Part shown: piece after piece, positions 17,651 through 27,401 of the stretch
How the letters are laid out: every line of letters begins with the position of its first letter
Position numbering within the stretch: the first letter of the stretch is position 1
IMG/VR virus record: IMGVR_UViG_3300030108_005139
Location: 1-64,000 of that record
DNA from: a virus
Reading direction: 5' to 3' (one strand)
Length of the DNA: 64,000 nt
Translations under genes and position numbers: made by a program
Notes under the pieces: model-generated
What the model saw: the letters and a program-made list of their open reading frames with translations, nothing else
Databases searched by the model: none
Told to the model about the DNA's origin: nothing

Positions 17651-20600
17651 CTACTGATTTACAAATGCAAGACCATTTTTTTTGTCAATTGTGATTTGTT
17701 GGTCAACACAATCTTTAAGAGAGTCAAGGTGGGAGATGAGTATCACGGTCTTAAAGTAAGATTTGACAAGATCAAGAATACGAATAAAACTTTCCATATT
17801 CTCTTCGTCTAGTGCTGTGCCTGGTTCATCAAGGATAAAAATGTCTCCTTGTGGCAGTGACGAAACTGTCAATAAAGACAAACGAATAGCAATTGCAGCA
17901 ATAGACTTTTCGCTTCCACTGCCCATTGCAATTGGTCTAGGATCGTACTTTGGATGTTTGATTAAAATATTTAATCTGTTTTCGTCGTTTTCAAAGTACA
18001 CTTCAAAGTCAACAATATTTGCAAGAATCTTAGCAATCTCATTGTTGATTACTGGCAGCCTCTTCTTAATGATATCGTATGCAATACCGTTACTGTGCAT
18101 ACACCGCATAAACAGATCGTATGCTGAGAACTCTTCGCGAAAGTCAGCCAGTTCCTGCTTTTGTTCGTTGATTGAAGCAAGCTTCTGCTCAAGTGAGCCG
18201 TGTAGCTTGTAAAGTTCCAATATGTCTTTTTCACAAGATTCCAGTTGCTCTTGTGACTTTTGAATTAGTTGATCACCTTGATCTCGCTCAGAGATTAACT
18301 CCTCTAAGTTTTCAATTGCTTCTTTGTTTTTTTCGTACTCTTGAATCTTTTGTTCTAGAAGAGAAATTTGCTCCTCGGCCTTTGAAATCTCGTGCTTTCT
18401 TTTTTCTAGCGAGAGTTCAACTTTAACAATTTGGTTTTTTATCTCTCCCTGTTTTGTTTTTAACTTCTCGTATTTGTCCAGGTAGCTCTGTATCTGTTCA
18501 GGGTTAAGTTCCTCAATAACCACTTCAGTCTTTTCTTTTTTGAATAGAAAATCCTGTACTTGTTGGTGGATGTCGTCTTTTTTATCCAATGCATCATAAG
18601 CATCCTTAATAAACTTGCAGTGACTAAATTCTGAACCACAAGGAACTTCCTTTAGAAGACAAGACTTGTTGTTGATATCCTTTTGTTTTCTTTCAAGAGT
18701 ATCTAGATCTTCTTGAATGTGCGATAGGATTTCTTCAAGGTTGTTTAAATTTTCTTGCCTGTTCTTATATAAATCGATATCAAAGTCATCAACAAATTTG
18801 CTTATCTCCATCAAAACTTCTTGTCTGTTTGATAGTTTTTCTTCTTCTTGGGCTTGAAGGAGAACTAGGTCGTTATAAGAATCTTTCAAATTAATCAATG
18901 ATTTATTGATATCTTTGACGTTAATAATCTCTGCTGGAATTGAATCTATTTTGCCGGTAAGATACGCGACCTTTTCTTGAAGAGAGGAGATATCCTCTCT
19001 AATCTTCTCGCACTCTCTTTCCTTCTGCTTTGTTGTGTTTTCATTTTCTTCTAGTTCATATTCGGCTTCTTTAATTTCTTGATCAAATTCTTTCCCTTCA
19101 AGTCTTTTTAATGCACCCTTTAAATCAGAGGCATCGTCTTTTGCCATCTTGAACTTCTTGTCAAAGATATGAAGATCTAAAAACTTTGCTAAGATTTCCT
19201 TTCGCTTCGTTGAACCCTCGTTGATAAACTGGAGAGAATCAAGCTGAGAAGCCATAGAGGTTAACAAGAAATCATCTAATGAGCCAAAAACACGACGAAT
19301 GTTTTTGTCTGTTTCTATTCTTGTTAAGCCGTTTAGTGGCGTATTAGTTTGCGTAACTTCGTTGTATTTGTTGAATTCAACGTTTGTCTTTGCCTCTGTC
19401 GAGGTTTTGCCTTTTAATTTCCTAACGTACTTCTCTAAATCTCTTTGGATGACATAGTGCTCGTTACCAATCTCTATTTCAACTAAACCACTGGCTGTGT
19501 TTTCGTTTTGATTAATAACGTTGACATTCTTGCGCTCGTTTTTAGAAGTCGAATTAAAGATTGTAAAAAGAAGCGAATCGATGATTGAACTCTTCCCAGA
19601 GTAGTTTTTACCAAAAATTCCAACAGTTCCACGTAGTTTTTCAAAATCGATAGCATTGCTTTCTCCGTAGTTAAAAAGGTTATCCCACGACAATCGTTTT
19701 AGTTTCCAGTTGATGTTTCTGGACACATCTTCGTTTTCTTCTGCGAGCTTGTTATATTTTTTATTTAACTTAAAAACTTTTTCTAGGATCTCATCGCTTA
19801 CCTCGTAATCTTTAAGGTAATCTTCCATTAGCTCTTCTTGGACTTCTATATCACGGAGGTCTTCCTTGTCAAAAAGAACGCTTAAATCCTCACCAACATT
19901 TCCCTTATCTGTTGCTCTATTGAGGAATGATATGGACTCTGGTCTAAAACGAACCTTTGCAACATCAACCGCTTTGCGAAGCTTGTTGAGAGACAAGTTG
20001 TTGTTAGAAATAACACGAAGACGAACGCCTTCGGGTATATCAATGTCTTTTGGAAATTTGCCCTTTGAATTGAGTTCTATTGTGATGAAGGGCTTTGGAT
20101 TGTTTAGACGAATATGCTTGCAGGTATATTCATTTTTATTTTTTAAATCCCACAACAAATACCCCTTATCGTTGGTTTCACCAAAGTTTTGTTGAACTAA
20201 GGAGCCTGCATATCTAACCTTACCTTTGTCGTCCATAATTTGATTTGTCTTATGGATATCGCCAAGAAAGATGTAATCGTGTGCTTCAAAACATTCTGTT
20301 GAGTCATCGCTCTCGTTAATAACCCAACCAGCATCTGTTTCAGAACCAGCAATCGCTCCGTGATATAACCCAATATTTACTGCATTTGGATCACTTGGTG
20401 TTTGCCAATTGTCTGGATCAAAGATTGATAGACTATTAAATTTAAAGTCCAAGCCATCTTCTGTGTTAATTAAAACCTCTCTTGAGTCCCTAATCAAATG
20501 GAGATCAGGGTGCTCAAGTGCCTCAACCACTGGAGTCACAGCATCTTGACGTGCCATATTCCTTAGATTGCCGTCGTGGTTTCCAAGTATAATGTAAGTG

Positions 20601-20815
20601 GGAGCAATGTCAGCAAGGTTACGAAACAAGTCCGTTGCCATCTTGACAAACTCTGGTGAGATTTGTGTTTTTGTGTGTGCAATATCACCGCACAAAACAA
20701 TGCAGTCTACATCTTGTTCTTTTAGTGATTCGTAGAACTGATTAAAAACTTCGTTGTATTCATAATGATATTTTAAATTTCGTATGTGGATGTCTGCTGT
20801 ATGTGCTATTCTCAT
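17651..20815 (-). CDS. fused Mre11/SbcD nuclease and Rad50/SbcC ATPase (T4 gp47-gp46-like)
   Basis: HTADIH, GNHD and GDIH phosphoesterase motifs; Walker A GKNYSGKS; long coiled coil; Walker B FILDEP; ISH. Confidence 0.93.
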   Translation of the reverse strand: MRIAHTADIHIRNLKYHYEYNEVFNQFYESLKEQDVDCIVLCGDIAHTKTQISPEFVKMATDLFRNLADIAPTYIILGNHDGNLRNMARQDAVTPVVEALEHPDLHLIRDSREVLINTEDGLDFKFNSLSIFDPDNWQTPSDPNAVNIGLYHGAIAGSETDAGWVINESDDSTECFEAHDYIFLGDIHKTNQIMDDKGKVRYAGSLVQQNFGETNDKGYLLWDLKNKNEYTCKHIRLNNPKPFITIELNSKGKFPKDIDIPEGVRLRVISNNNLSLNKLRKAVDVAKVRFRPESISFLNRATDKGNVGEDLSVLFDKEDLRDIEVQEELMEDYLKDYEVSDEILEKVFKLNKKYNKLAEENEDVSRNINWKLKRLSWDNLFNYGESNAIDFEKLRGTVGIFGKNYSGKSSIIDSLLFTIFNSTSKNERKNVNVINQNENTASGLVEIEIGNEHYVIQRDLEKYVRKLKGKTSTEAKTNVEFNKYNEVTQTNTPLNGLTRIETDKNIRRVFGSLDDFLLTSMASQLDSLQFINEGSTKRKEILAKFLDLHIFDKKFKMAKDDASDLKGALKRLEGKEFDQEIKEAEYELEENENTTKQKERECEKIREDISSLQEKVAYLTGKIDSIPAEIINVKDINKSLINLKDSYNDLVLLQAQEEEKLSNRQEVLMEISKFVDDFDIDLYKNRQENLNNLEEILSHIQEDLDTLERKQKDINNKSCLLKEVPCGSEFSHCKFIKDAYDALDKKDDIHQQVQDFLFKKEKTEVVIEELNPEQIQSYLDKYEKLKTKQGEIKNQIVKVELSLEKRKHEISKAEEQISLLEQKIQEYEKNKEAIENLEELISERDQGDQLIQKSQEQLESCEKDILELYKLHGSLEQKLASINEQKQELADFREEFSAYDLFMRCMHSNGIAYDIIKKRLPVINNEIAKILANIVDFEVYFENDENRLNILIKHPKYDPRPIAMGSGSEKSIAAIAIRLSLLTVSSLPQGDIFILDEPGTALDEENMESFIRILDLVKSYFKTVILISHLDSLKDCVDQQITIDKKNGLAFVNQ

Positions 20816-20846
20816 TTACACCTATCCATTAAAATGGTTTGACACC

Positions 20847-20875
20847 ATTATACAATAGTGTTTTAGGTTAGTCAA
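20847..20875 (-). promoter_or_regulatory. sigma70-type promoter for Mre11-Rad50
   Basis: TTGACT (20875-20870), 17-nt spacer, TATAAT (20852-20847), ~31 nt upstream of ATG 20815. Confidence 0.8.
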
Positions 20876-21800
20876 GTGGATTTGTATTTTTTTTCAGATA
20901 TTCGCGATCCGCCCACACACTACCAAGGTACCTCTCGCCTCGATCACAAAGCATAGTAACAACAGTTCCCGTAATGTTATTTTCTTCTATCCACTTTTCT
21001 GCTGCCAATATATTGGCTCCGGCTGATATTCCTACTAGTAAGCCGTTTTCAACTGCTAGTCTTCTTGCTCGCTCTTTAGCATCCTCAGTCTTTATTCTAA
21101 TAATTTCGTCAAACAGAGAAGTATCAGCTAAAAAATCTTCTCCGTCGCTAATGCCTTGAATTCCGTGCTGATCGCTTGGCTCGTCAGGCTTGACCATTAT
21201 AATTTTTGTGTTTAAGCTCGGGGTTTTTTGTATGAAGCTATGAACACCCATTATTGTTCCACCTGTGCCTACACCCGACACAAATCCAGCCCACGCAGTA
21301 TTACCTGGAATTTGCTCGTATATCTCAGGGGCTGTTTTGTGCATATGGCACTTTATATTGTCGCTATTTTCAAATTGACACGGAGACCAGCTGTCATCGA
21401 TACAGGCTAAGATTTCGTTTCTTTTCTGTATCGCAGCATCGAAATCACTAGCAGCAACCTCCAATATGTCGGCTCCAAATGCACGCATCATCTGCTTTCT
21501 CTCTTCTGACATATTTGAAGGCATTACTATCTGGACTGGGTTTCCCATTGCAGCACCAAGTGCCGAGAGTGAGATGCCGGTATTGCCGCTTGTTGCTTCA
21601 ACTAAAAGAGTAGTTGACTTTATTTCTGAGTTTTTTATCGCTCCTTCAACAACATACGATATCATTCTGTCTTTAACAGACCCTGTAGGGTTTGCTGTTT
21701 CAAGTTTTCCATACAGATTTTTTGAGATCTTAACTAAAGGTGTATTGCCTACAGCTTTTAAGAAATTTAATGCTGGGCTTTCTTTAAAACCTGCAGGCAT
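20868..21800 (-). CDS. cysK: cysteine synthase (PLP-dependent, CysK/CysM family), auxiliary metabolic gene
   Basis: GNTPLV, KLETANPTGSVKDR (PLP Lys), EATSGNTG, GVGTGGT, HGIQGI, DRGERYL; cysK versus cysM not resolved. Confidence 0.9.
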   Translation of the reverse strand: MPAGFKESPALNFLKAVGNTPLVKISKNLYGKLETANPTGSVKDRMISYVVEGAIKNSEIKSTTLLVEATSGNTGISLSALGAAMGNPVQIVMPSNMSEERKQMMRAFGADILEVAASDFDAAIQKRNEILACIDDSWSPCQFENSDNIKCHMHKTAPEIYEQIPGNTAWAGFVSGVGTGGTIMGVHSFIQKTPSLNTKIIMVKPDEPSDQHGIQGISDGEDFLADTSLFDEIIRIKTEDAKERARRLAVENGLLVGISAGANILAAEKWIEENNITGTVVTMLCDRGERYLGSVWADREYLKKNTNPLD

Positions 21801-21829
21801 ATGCTAACCTCCGCTAAGGAATATCTTCC

Positions 21830-22108
21830 TTATTCCTTGTAAAAAGTCATTGTACCCTTGGGGGTAATAGAAAAGAAACTGCGATCAAGCAAAGCTTCTA
21901 AGCGATTTAAACCCATAATCTGTATCTGGCGTACATCATCGGCATCCATTTTATTTATAATTTCTTCTACATCAACATCTACTCCATCGGGAAAACCCTT
22001 AGATGCACGAGAAACTGCGTCCGTAATGCCTGCCAATCTATCTTTTGGTGATTGAGAACTCAACTCCTCTAAAATCATTTTCTTTAATTGTGACCTGGTA
22101 ATTTTCAT
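21830..22108 (-). CDS. small hypothetical protein with class-B leader
   Basis: MKITRSQLKKMILEEL; GAGG RBS. Confidence 0.8.
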   Translation of the reverse strand: MKITRSQLKKMILEELSSQSPKDRLAGITDAVSRASKGFPDGVDVDVEEIINKMDADDVRQIQIMGLNRLEALLDRSFFSITPKGTMTFYKE

Positions 22109-22117
22109 ATTGCACCT

Positions 22118-23053
22118 CTACAATGAACTAAGCGTTCGATACAATAAATAGTTGTCTGAGTTTATAAGCGTTGCTTTTTTCTTCAGACGTAAAAAATTTG
22201 CTTTGGGCATCGCACCAACATCTTCGTATGCCGTTGTATCTATCTTGTAGATTTCAATCCCATACTCCAAAAACTTCTCTATTAACCTGTTTTCTTTTTT
22301 CTTTGCGTCTCGATCAAATGCGATATAGACGGGAGTGTCGTTGCGAACTATCTCCTGAAACAAGGGCGACTCCTCATTTAAGGTCGAACCAAGCACAGGA
22401 ACTGCGTTTGGCCCTGCAATAATCGCATCAAAGACACCTTCTACAATTGTAAGATCTTCATCAAAGTCAAGATAAAGATGATTGAATACAATGTCACGAC
22501 TGGCTTGTGGGTTCATATATTTGTAACCGCCCCTCTTATATGATCTGGCTACAAAATAATTTGCTCGACCACAAAGAGAAAACGATGGTACAACAACACG
22601 ACCACCAAACTTACCTGTTGGGCAATAGCCAATTTTCCATTGAAGAATATCTTTTTTTGTTATTCCCCTATCATAAAGATATTTCAGTGGAATACGACTG
22701 GCGTGATTGTCGGTACCATTTGCCAAAGAGACAAATTCATTTGGAAGATCAACAAACTGTTCTGTTTCTTCCTCTTTGTTTTCTGAGAAAAGATCATAGA
22801 ACTCATTAATATCAACCCTGTCCTCTGTCTCGTCCCAAGCTTGTCTATCTTTGAAGCTACCAAAGCGACGAACAACACGACGTATAGATCTGCCTGAATA
22901 ATCGCAGATCCAACACTTAAAGACATTTTTTTCTAAATTAACGGAAAACTTACGTTTATGATGGTCACACTTTGGACACTTGAATAAGTATTCGTCATTC
23001 GTCCGACTGCAATAACCCAGAACATCTCTTAGGATTTCAATCCTTCTTTCCAA
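22118..23053 (-). CDS. DNA primase (zinc finger plus TOPRIM)
   Basis: CPKCDHH...CWIC; IVEGVFD and FDRD TOPRIM motifs. Confidence 0.9.
   Translation of the reverse strand: MERRIEILRDVLGYCSRTNDEYLFKCPKCDHHKRKFSVNLEKNVFKCWICDYSGRSIRRVVRRFGSFKDRQAWDETEDRVDINEFYDLFSENKEEETEQFVDLPNEFVSLANGTDNHASRIPLKYLYDRGITKKDILQWKIGYCPTGKFGGRVVVPSFSLCGRANYFVARSYKRGGYKYMNPQASRDIVFNHLYLDFDEDLTIVEGVFDAIIAGPNAVPVLGSTLNEESPLFQEIVRNDTPVYIAFDRDAKKKENRLIEKFLEYGIEIYKIDTTAYEDVGAMPKANFLRLKKKATLINSDNYLLYRTLSSL
22143..22152 (-). promoter_or_regulatory. candidate late promoter ACTATTTATT inside the primase 3' end
   Basis: ~35 nt upstream of the isolated class-B leader gene. Confidence 0.5.
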
Positions 23054-23556
23054 AGTCTATACCCCGCTTTCGCTATAATCCAACTGTCGGCACGATCATA
23101 CGAACCTGGCTTTGGATTTCCGTGACTAGTATATTCAATTTTGTTACCATTGTCAAGAAAATGTTGAAGGGCGATCTCTTTTGCTTTGGTTCCCCTGGGG
23201 ACTTTTAGTTCGCAAAGCTTTCTTGCCTGTGTGGCTGTGATATACTCTGGGATCATATTTAAATCATTGTAGCAAATCCACGACACAATACCATTAAACC
23301 TTTGTAGTGTAGCCATCGTTTTTGCCGTCGAGCCACCACTATTAAAGAACGTAAAAGGCTGTTCGATGTAAATCTTTGTAAACGGATATTGAAGTCCGAA
23401 TAAGTTCTTTCTTATAAACTGGGCTTTGTGGAAAAGTAAAGGAAACTTGTTCTTATTTCTTGTATCCCAGGACTCACAGAGAAGAGTATTTCCCTGCCTG
23501 TCAAGTATAGTAACACCTGTGATACTCGTTGAAAGATCTAAACCAAGTATAACCAT
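23029..23556 (-). CDS. RuvC-like Holliday junction resolvase
   Basis: ILGLDLST, IYIEQP, DRADS RNase H-fold catalytic pattern. Confidence 0.8.
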   Translation of the reverse strand: MVILGLDLSTSITGVTILDRQGNTLLCESWDTRNKNKFPLLFHKAQFIRKNLFGLQYPFTKIYIEQPFTFFNSGGSTAKTMATLQRFNGIVSWICYNDLNMIPEYITATQARKLCELKVPRGTKAKEIALQHFLDNGNKIEYTSHGNPKPGSYDRADSWIIAKAGYRLWKEGLKS

Positions 23557-23568
23557 AACAGTATTATA

Positions 23569-25359
23569 CTATATATCAAGCTTTAATTTAAATGTGAAGT
23601 CGCGGTCTTCGGTCTTTTTAACTGGTGTAGCGACTTTAGCGATACCAATAAGATTCCTGTTTTCGTCGTAGATACCCACCTTAGAGATATAAGTTTGCCT
23701 CTTGTAAGAAGCATCATATCCTTGATAGGAAGAAGAAACAATATTTTTAATCTCTATATCTTTCTTTTCCTTAAACCTATTTGATCCAGATGCTGCCGAT
23801 AAGGTCTGACCGTGTTTAAGATACGTGGGGTTATTTGAAAAATTAAGATGCCCCTTTCTGGCGTGGGCTAACATTGTGATTGTTGGAACATAGTTTGTTC
23901 CCTTGAAATCAATTTCAAAACTTGAAGAATGTACTCTTGGGGGACTTTCAACGGAGCCAGTTGCTATTGTTTGAGCAAAGTCAATCCAACGAGGAGAAGT
24001 TAAAGTATCCTGACTGATATAAGCCTCAGTATGAGGCCCACCATATTCCCCACTCATTCCATCAATAAACTTAGACGTAACAGTAACATTGTCTGACGAT
24101 ATTACAATTGGAGTATTTCCCGATACACCTTTAGTGTCTTGCGTCAGAGTCACATTTCTAGAACTTACAGTGGCTGTAATTTTAAGTGTTTTACCATTTG
24201 TAGAATTAGAAGTGACATTATTTATAGAGTTTCTAAATTTACTTGCGGCATTAGCACCACCAGCAGTAGCAATCCCAACACTTATACTAGTGCCATCAGT
24301 ATGCAATCTGCCATCTTGGTGATCATCACTAGTATCAAACTTAAACGTTACTGTGTTGTTTTCTCCATCAGTTAAAGTTATGGTGTCGTTATTTGCTGGT
24401 TTCGTAGATTTAAAGTTTAGCTGTGCAGTAGAGGCAACTGCATTTGCAGTTAAATCCCAACTACCAGTCAACAACATAAACCCTTCTTTGTATAAAACAA
24501 CACCAGCAGTGCTACCTGAATGAGGGCTCCCAACGGGACCAATTTGCACTAATTCACCGTTTTTATTTTTATCCTGTAATTCGCCAACCAAAGTACCAGT
24601 AATATAAAATTTTAAACTGACCGTTCCTTTTTGTATTTCTCGACCATAAAAAATTGATGGAATACTAAGAAGCCCCATCTCTTGATCTGCTTTGTTCCAA
24701 TTCACTTTAGTGTTTGAGTGAATAGCCATAGAGGAACTTTCATATGCATAGTGGGGGCTTAAATATGTATAATAATTTAGTGTATTTTTTAGTGCGGCTA
24801 TCTTAGAACCCTTCATTGTTTTTTCTGGATAGCCCATATCCAAAACTTCTGTGTCCGACTCAGGTAGGATAACGCGCCGCTCAATCGCATCAATAATGTC
24901 TTGTTTGGCGTTAGATACGTGGTTTGGGGCCAGGTACTCTTTTTCAATTGAAGCAGACATTGGATATGTACCTGTCAGAAGAGTTCCGTGAGGCACTGTT
25001 TCTTCAAACAAAGTTTCTTGGCCATTAATAGTTACTACATTTACACCTCGAAAACGATTATTGTTAGCGCTCTTATAAATAAATGGATAAATTACATCAG
25101 GTGCTGTTGTTTCAGTCCCTTCTTCAACAAGCTCCAACGAACCACTGATTCGATCAACATTTAATTCAAATAAGCTCTCAAACCCAGGTTGAACGTTTGG
25201 CACGCTAGACACGTGGACGCCATCTAAACGCGGTCGATTGTTGTAATAACGGGTGCCACTAATTGGCATACTTCCACTGTAAATAAAGAAATTACAGTGT
25301 GGGTGGGTTTCTATTCTATTATGGAATAGGTCGTTTTTATCAAATTTATACAAGGGCAT
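23569..25359 (-). CDS. virion tail/baseplate structural protein
   Basis: C-terminal YISKVGIYDENRNLIGIAKVATPVKK, paralogous to the next gene; beta-rich. Confidence 0.7.
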   Translation of the reverse strand: MPLYKFDKNDLFHNRIETHPHCNFFIYSGSMPISGTRYYNNRPRLDGVHVSSVPNVQPGFESLFELNVDRISGSLELVEEGTETTAPDVIYPFIYKSANNNRFRGVNVVTINGQETLFEETVPHGTLLTGTYPMSASIEKEYLAPNHVSNAKQDIIDAIERRVILPESDTEVLDMGYPEKTMKGSKIAALKNTLNYYTYLSPHYAYESSSMAIHSNTKVNWNKADQEMGLLSIPSIFYGREIQKGTVSLKFYITGTLVGELQDKNKNGELVQIGPVGSPHSGSTAGVVLYKEGFMLLTGSWDLTANAVASTAQLNFKSTKPANNDTITLTDGENNTVTFKFDTSDDHQDGRLHTDGTSISVGIATAGGANAASKFRNSINNVTSNSTNGKTLKITATVSSRNVTLTQDTKGVSGNTPIVISSDNVTVTSKFIDGMSGEYGGPHTEAYISQDTLTSPRWIDFAQTIATGSVESPPRVHSSSFEIDFKGTNYVPTITMLAHARKGHLNFSNNPTYLKHGQTLSAASGSNRFKEKKDIEIKNIVSSSYQGYDASYKRQTYISKVGIYDENRNLIGIAKVATPVKKTEDRDFTFKLKLDI

Positions 25360-25371
25360 CGCGAGACCCCT

Positions 25372-26466
25372 TTAATAATCAAGCCTTACTCTCAAGGTCA
25401 ACTCGTTTGAGGGTGTTTTTCTTAACGGTTCTGACAATTTAGCAGTTGCCATCAGAACGTTTTCAGAATTGTAAAGTCCAATTGTTGTAATGTAAGAAAC
25501 AGGATTGTCTGTTTCTTTTGTTTTAACCCTAATCTGACTTGACGATAAGTAAGTTGGATTGGAACTGTAATTGAACTCATTAAAATTTGCACGACAGAAG
25601 TAGATTGTTGAATTTAGTTCTGTTGTATTATTGAAGCTGATATTAGTTAATCGATGTCTAACTCCGTCACACGAAGAAGAAATATTTGCACCACTTAATA
25701 CAGTTTCAATTGAGCCAGTGTCTAAAGTAGTTCCTGGGGGACCAAATGCGCCTTCAGACGCTGCTGATTGACCGGCTTGTGTTCTATTTGGGAAAATAGA
25801 AGCAGTTAAGACAGCGATACCAGCCTGGTAGTAAAGCAACCCAACACGACTTGTTCCACCGGCATCGGAATATAAGATTCCATACTCGCCCGCTGGTGAG
25901 TTGCTTTTGTAAGTCTTTGTAGCATTAACTTCTTGCACAGTTAGTGGACCTTCAGCATCCCCATCTACACCTTCACTAAAAGCACCAGGAAAACCACCAG
26001 TTAAAAAGTTCATTGTAAATGAACCCTTCTTAATTTCATCTTTTGTCAAAAGTCTGGAAAAATTAAAGAAGACCACCTCATTCATTTTTGTGCCAGCGTC
26101 CGTCAAGTCACCAGCTTGATCAAACCTAAGCACTGATCCGGTCACATCATAACCAACAAGCACTTGTGCCATCTGATTATAGAGATTAATCTTTTTGCTG
26201 TTCTGTACGCTAGTTGCTCCACTTAGAGCAGACAATGCAGAGTATCCAACAGAAACATCAAATACGTGATTAGCCGAAGAACTTAGATAGGGATAGTCAT
26301 ATACCGACTGAAACATCCCGTGAGAATAGTTCTTAATATTATGCTCTGTGTCGTCCTGGTTATACGTTCCAGAAACAATTGTACCAGTAAGTGGAATTGC
26401 TTCGTGGAGTAGAGTTCTAGTTGTTGTGATATCTTTTGGTGTAATTTCTTTAAATCTTTTAGCCAT
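25372..26466 (-). CDS. virion tail/baseplate structural protein
   Basis: C-terminal YITTIGLYNSENVLMATAKLSEPLRK; shares IxKG(S/T) and SxNPTY with 23569-25359. Confidence 0.7.
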   Translation of the reverse strand: MAKRFKEITPKDITTTRTLLHEAIPLTGTIVSGTYNQDDTEHNIKNYSHGMFQSVYDYPYLSSSANHVFDVSVGYSALSALSGATSVQNSKKINLYNQMAQVLVGYDVTGSVLRFDQAGDLTDAGTKMNEVVFFNFSRLLTKDEIKKGSFTMNFLTGGFPGAFSEGVDGDAEGPLTVQEVNATKTYKSNSPAGEYGILYSDAGGTSRVGLLYYQAGIAVLTASIFPNRTQAGQSAASEGAFGPPGTTLDTGSIETVLSGANISSSCDGVRHRLTNISFNNTTELNSTIYFCRANFNEFNYSSNPTYLSSSQIRVKTKETDNPVSYITTIGLYNSENVLMATAKLSEPLRKTPSNELTLRVRLDY

Positions 26467-26477
26467 TGTTTTACCTT

Positions 26478-27401
26478 TTATTCATCCGATTTTTTAAAGT
26501 ATCTAACCGGAATATCAATAGTATAGCCGGTTGTGGTTCCCATCACCTTGATTACTGAGTCGATGACGCGAATATCAGTTTGAACATCATTGTTGTTAAC
26601 AGCCGTAGTGGTTGTTCCAATATTATCAAACAGGTAGTTTGATTTTTGTAAGTTAAGTGTTGATTTAACTAAAAACTCAACCGTTGTACCACGAGGGCCT
26701 TGAATAACTTGAGTGTCTGGAGCCTGTTCAGTTTTTGTATTTCTAGTAACAACGTTAGGGTTTGCTTTGAGAGTTAAGTAATAAGTTGCGATATTATCAT
26801 CATCAACAAAACTCTTTTCAAGACGCCCACGAGTACCTTCTTTGTTTCTAAGCTCGCCAAGGCGGTTGTCCATAAGAACAGTATATTGTGTTTCTCTGTC
26901 TTCAGCATCTAACCCTCTATCGGGTGGGATTTCAAACTCAGTGTGCAAGCCCTGATCAATTCTTATAATCGTCGTGCTTTCAGAAGGATCAAATCCATCC
27001 AGTATACCTTGTTTTTTAGTAAACTTATCACGAGTTGCTTCAGTAACAGCAATCATAAAAGAACCAGTAGTAGCTGCTGGTTTGTTTAACGTGGCTTTAT
27101 CATTCAAGCGAAGAATTGGTAAGTAAAACTTTGTATTGTTTAAGTAAGTAATCAGTGGAGACTTAAGACTTGAACCAGCATCCGTAAATGCCTCCAAGAC
27201 AGGGGTCTGCAATATCTGTAAATCATAATAAGCACTACCACTTATATGATCACTATCATACAGAGAGTAGTCAACCTCGTCGTCTCCTAAAGCAAATTTT
27301 GTAATATTGAAAGTCCCATTACCTTGGGCCAACCGTCTTCGACCCTCATCGGTTAAGACTGCATCTAAAATAATATCTCCAGAATTATCTAAAAACGCCA
27401 T
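26478..27401 (-). CDS. virion structural protein
   Basis: N-terminal LDAVLTDEGRRRLA..ITKFALGDDEVDY; GAGGAG RBS and late motif upstream. Confidence 0.7.
   Translation of the reverse strand: MAFLDNSGDIILDAVLTDEGRRRLAQGNGTFNITKFALGDDEVDYSLYDSDHISGSAYYDLQILQTPVLEAFTDAGSSLKSPLITYLNNTKFYLPILRLNDKATLNKPAATTGSFMIAVTEATRDKFTKKQGILDGFDPSESTTIIRIDQGLHTEFEIPPDRGLDAEDRETQYTVLMDNRLGELRNKEGTRGRLEKSFVDDDNIATYYLTLKANPNVVTRNTKTEQAPDTQVIQGPRGTTVEFLVKSTLNLQKSNYLFDNIGTTTTAVNNNDVQTDIRVIDSVIKVMGTTTGYTIDIPVRYFKKSDE

Larger units (their letters stand above)
11673..22108 (-). repeat. dispersed class-B leader repeat MK(I/F)T(K/R)xQLKxxI(K/L)ExL, 6 copies
   Basis: Copies at 11673-11720, 12178-12225, 12576-12623, 12841-12888, 17569-17616, 22061-22108; 32 bp identical at 12592-12623 and 12857-12888. 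Confidence 0.95.

Noticed and set aside
20839-20867. Plus-strand TTGACA as a divergent promoter
   Set aside because: No plausible -10 at 16-18 nt and no plus-strand gene to serve.
3430-23053. Inteins or introns in terminase, Mre11-Rad50 or primase
   Set aside because: Lengths and motif spacing are ordinary; no splice-junction motifs or frame breaks seen.
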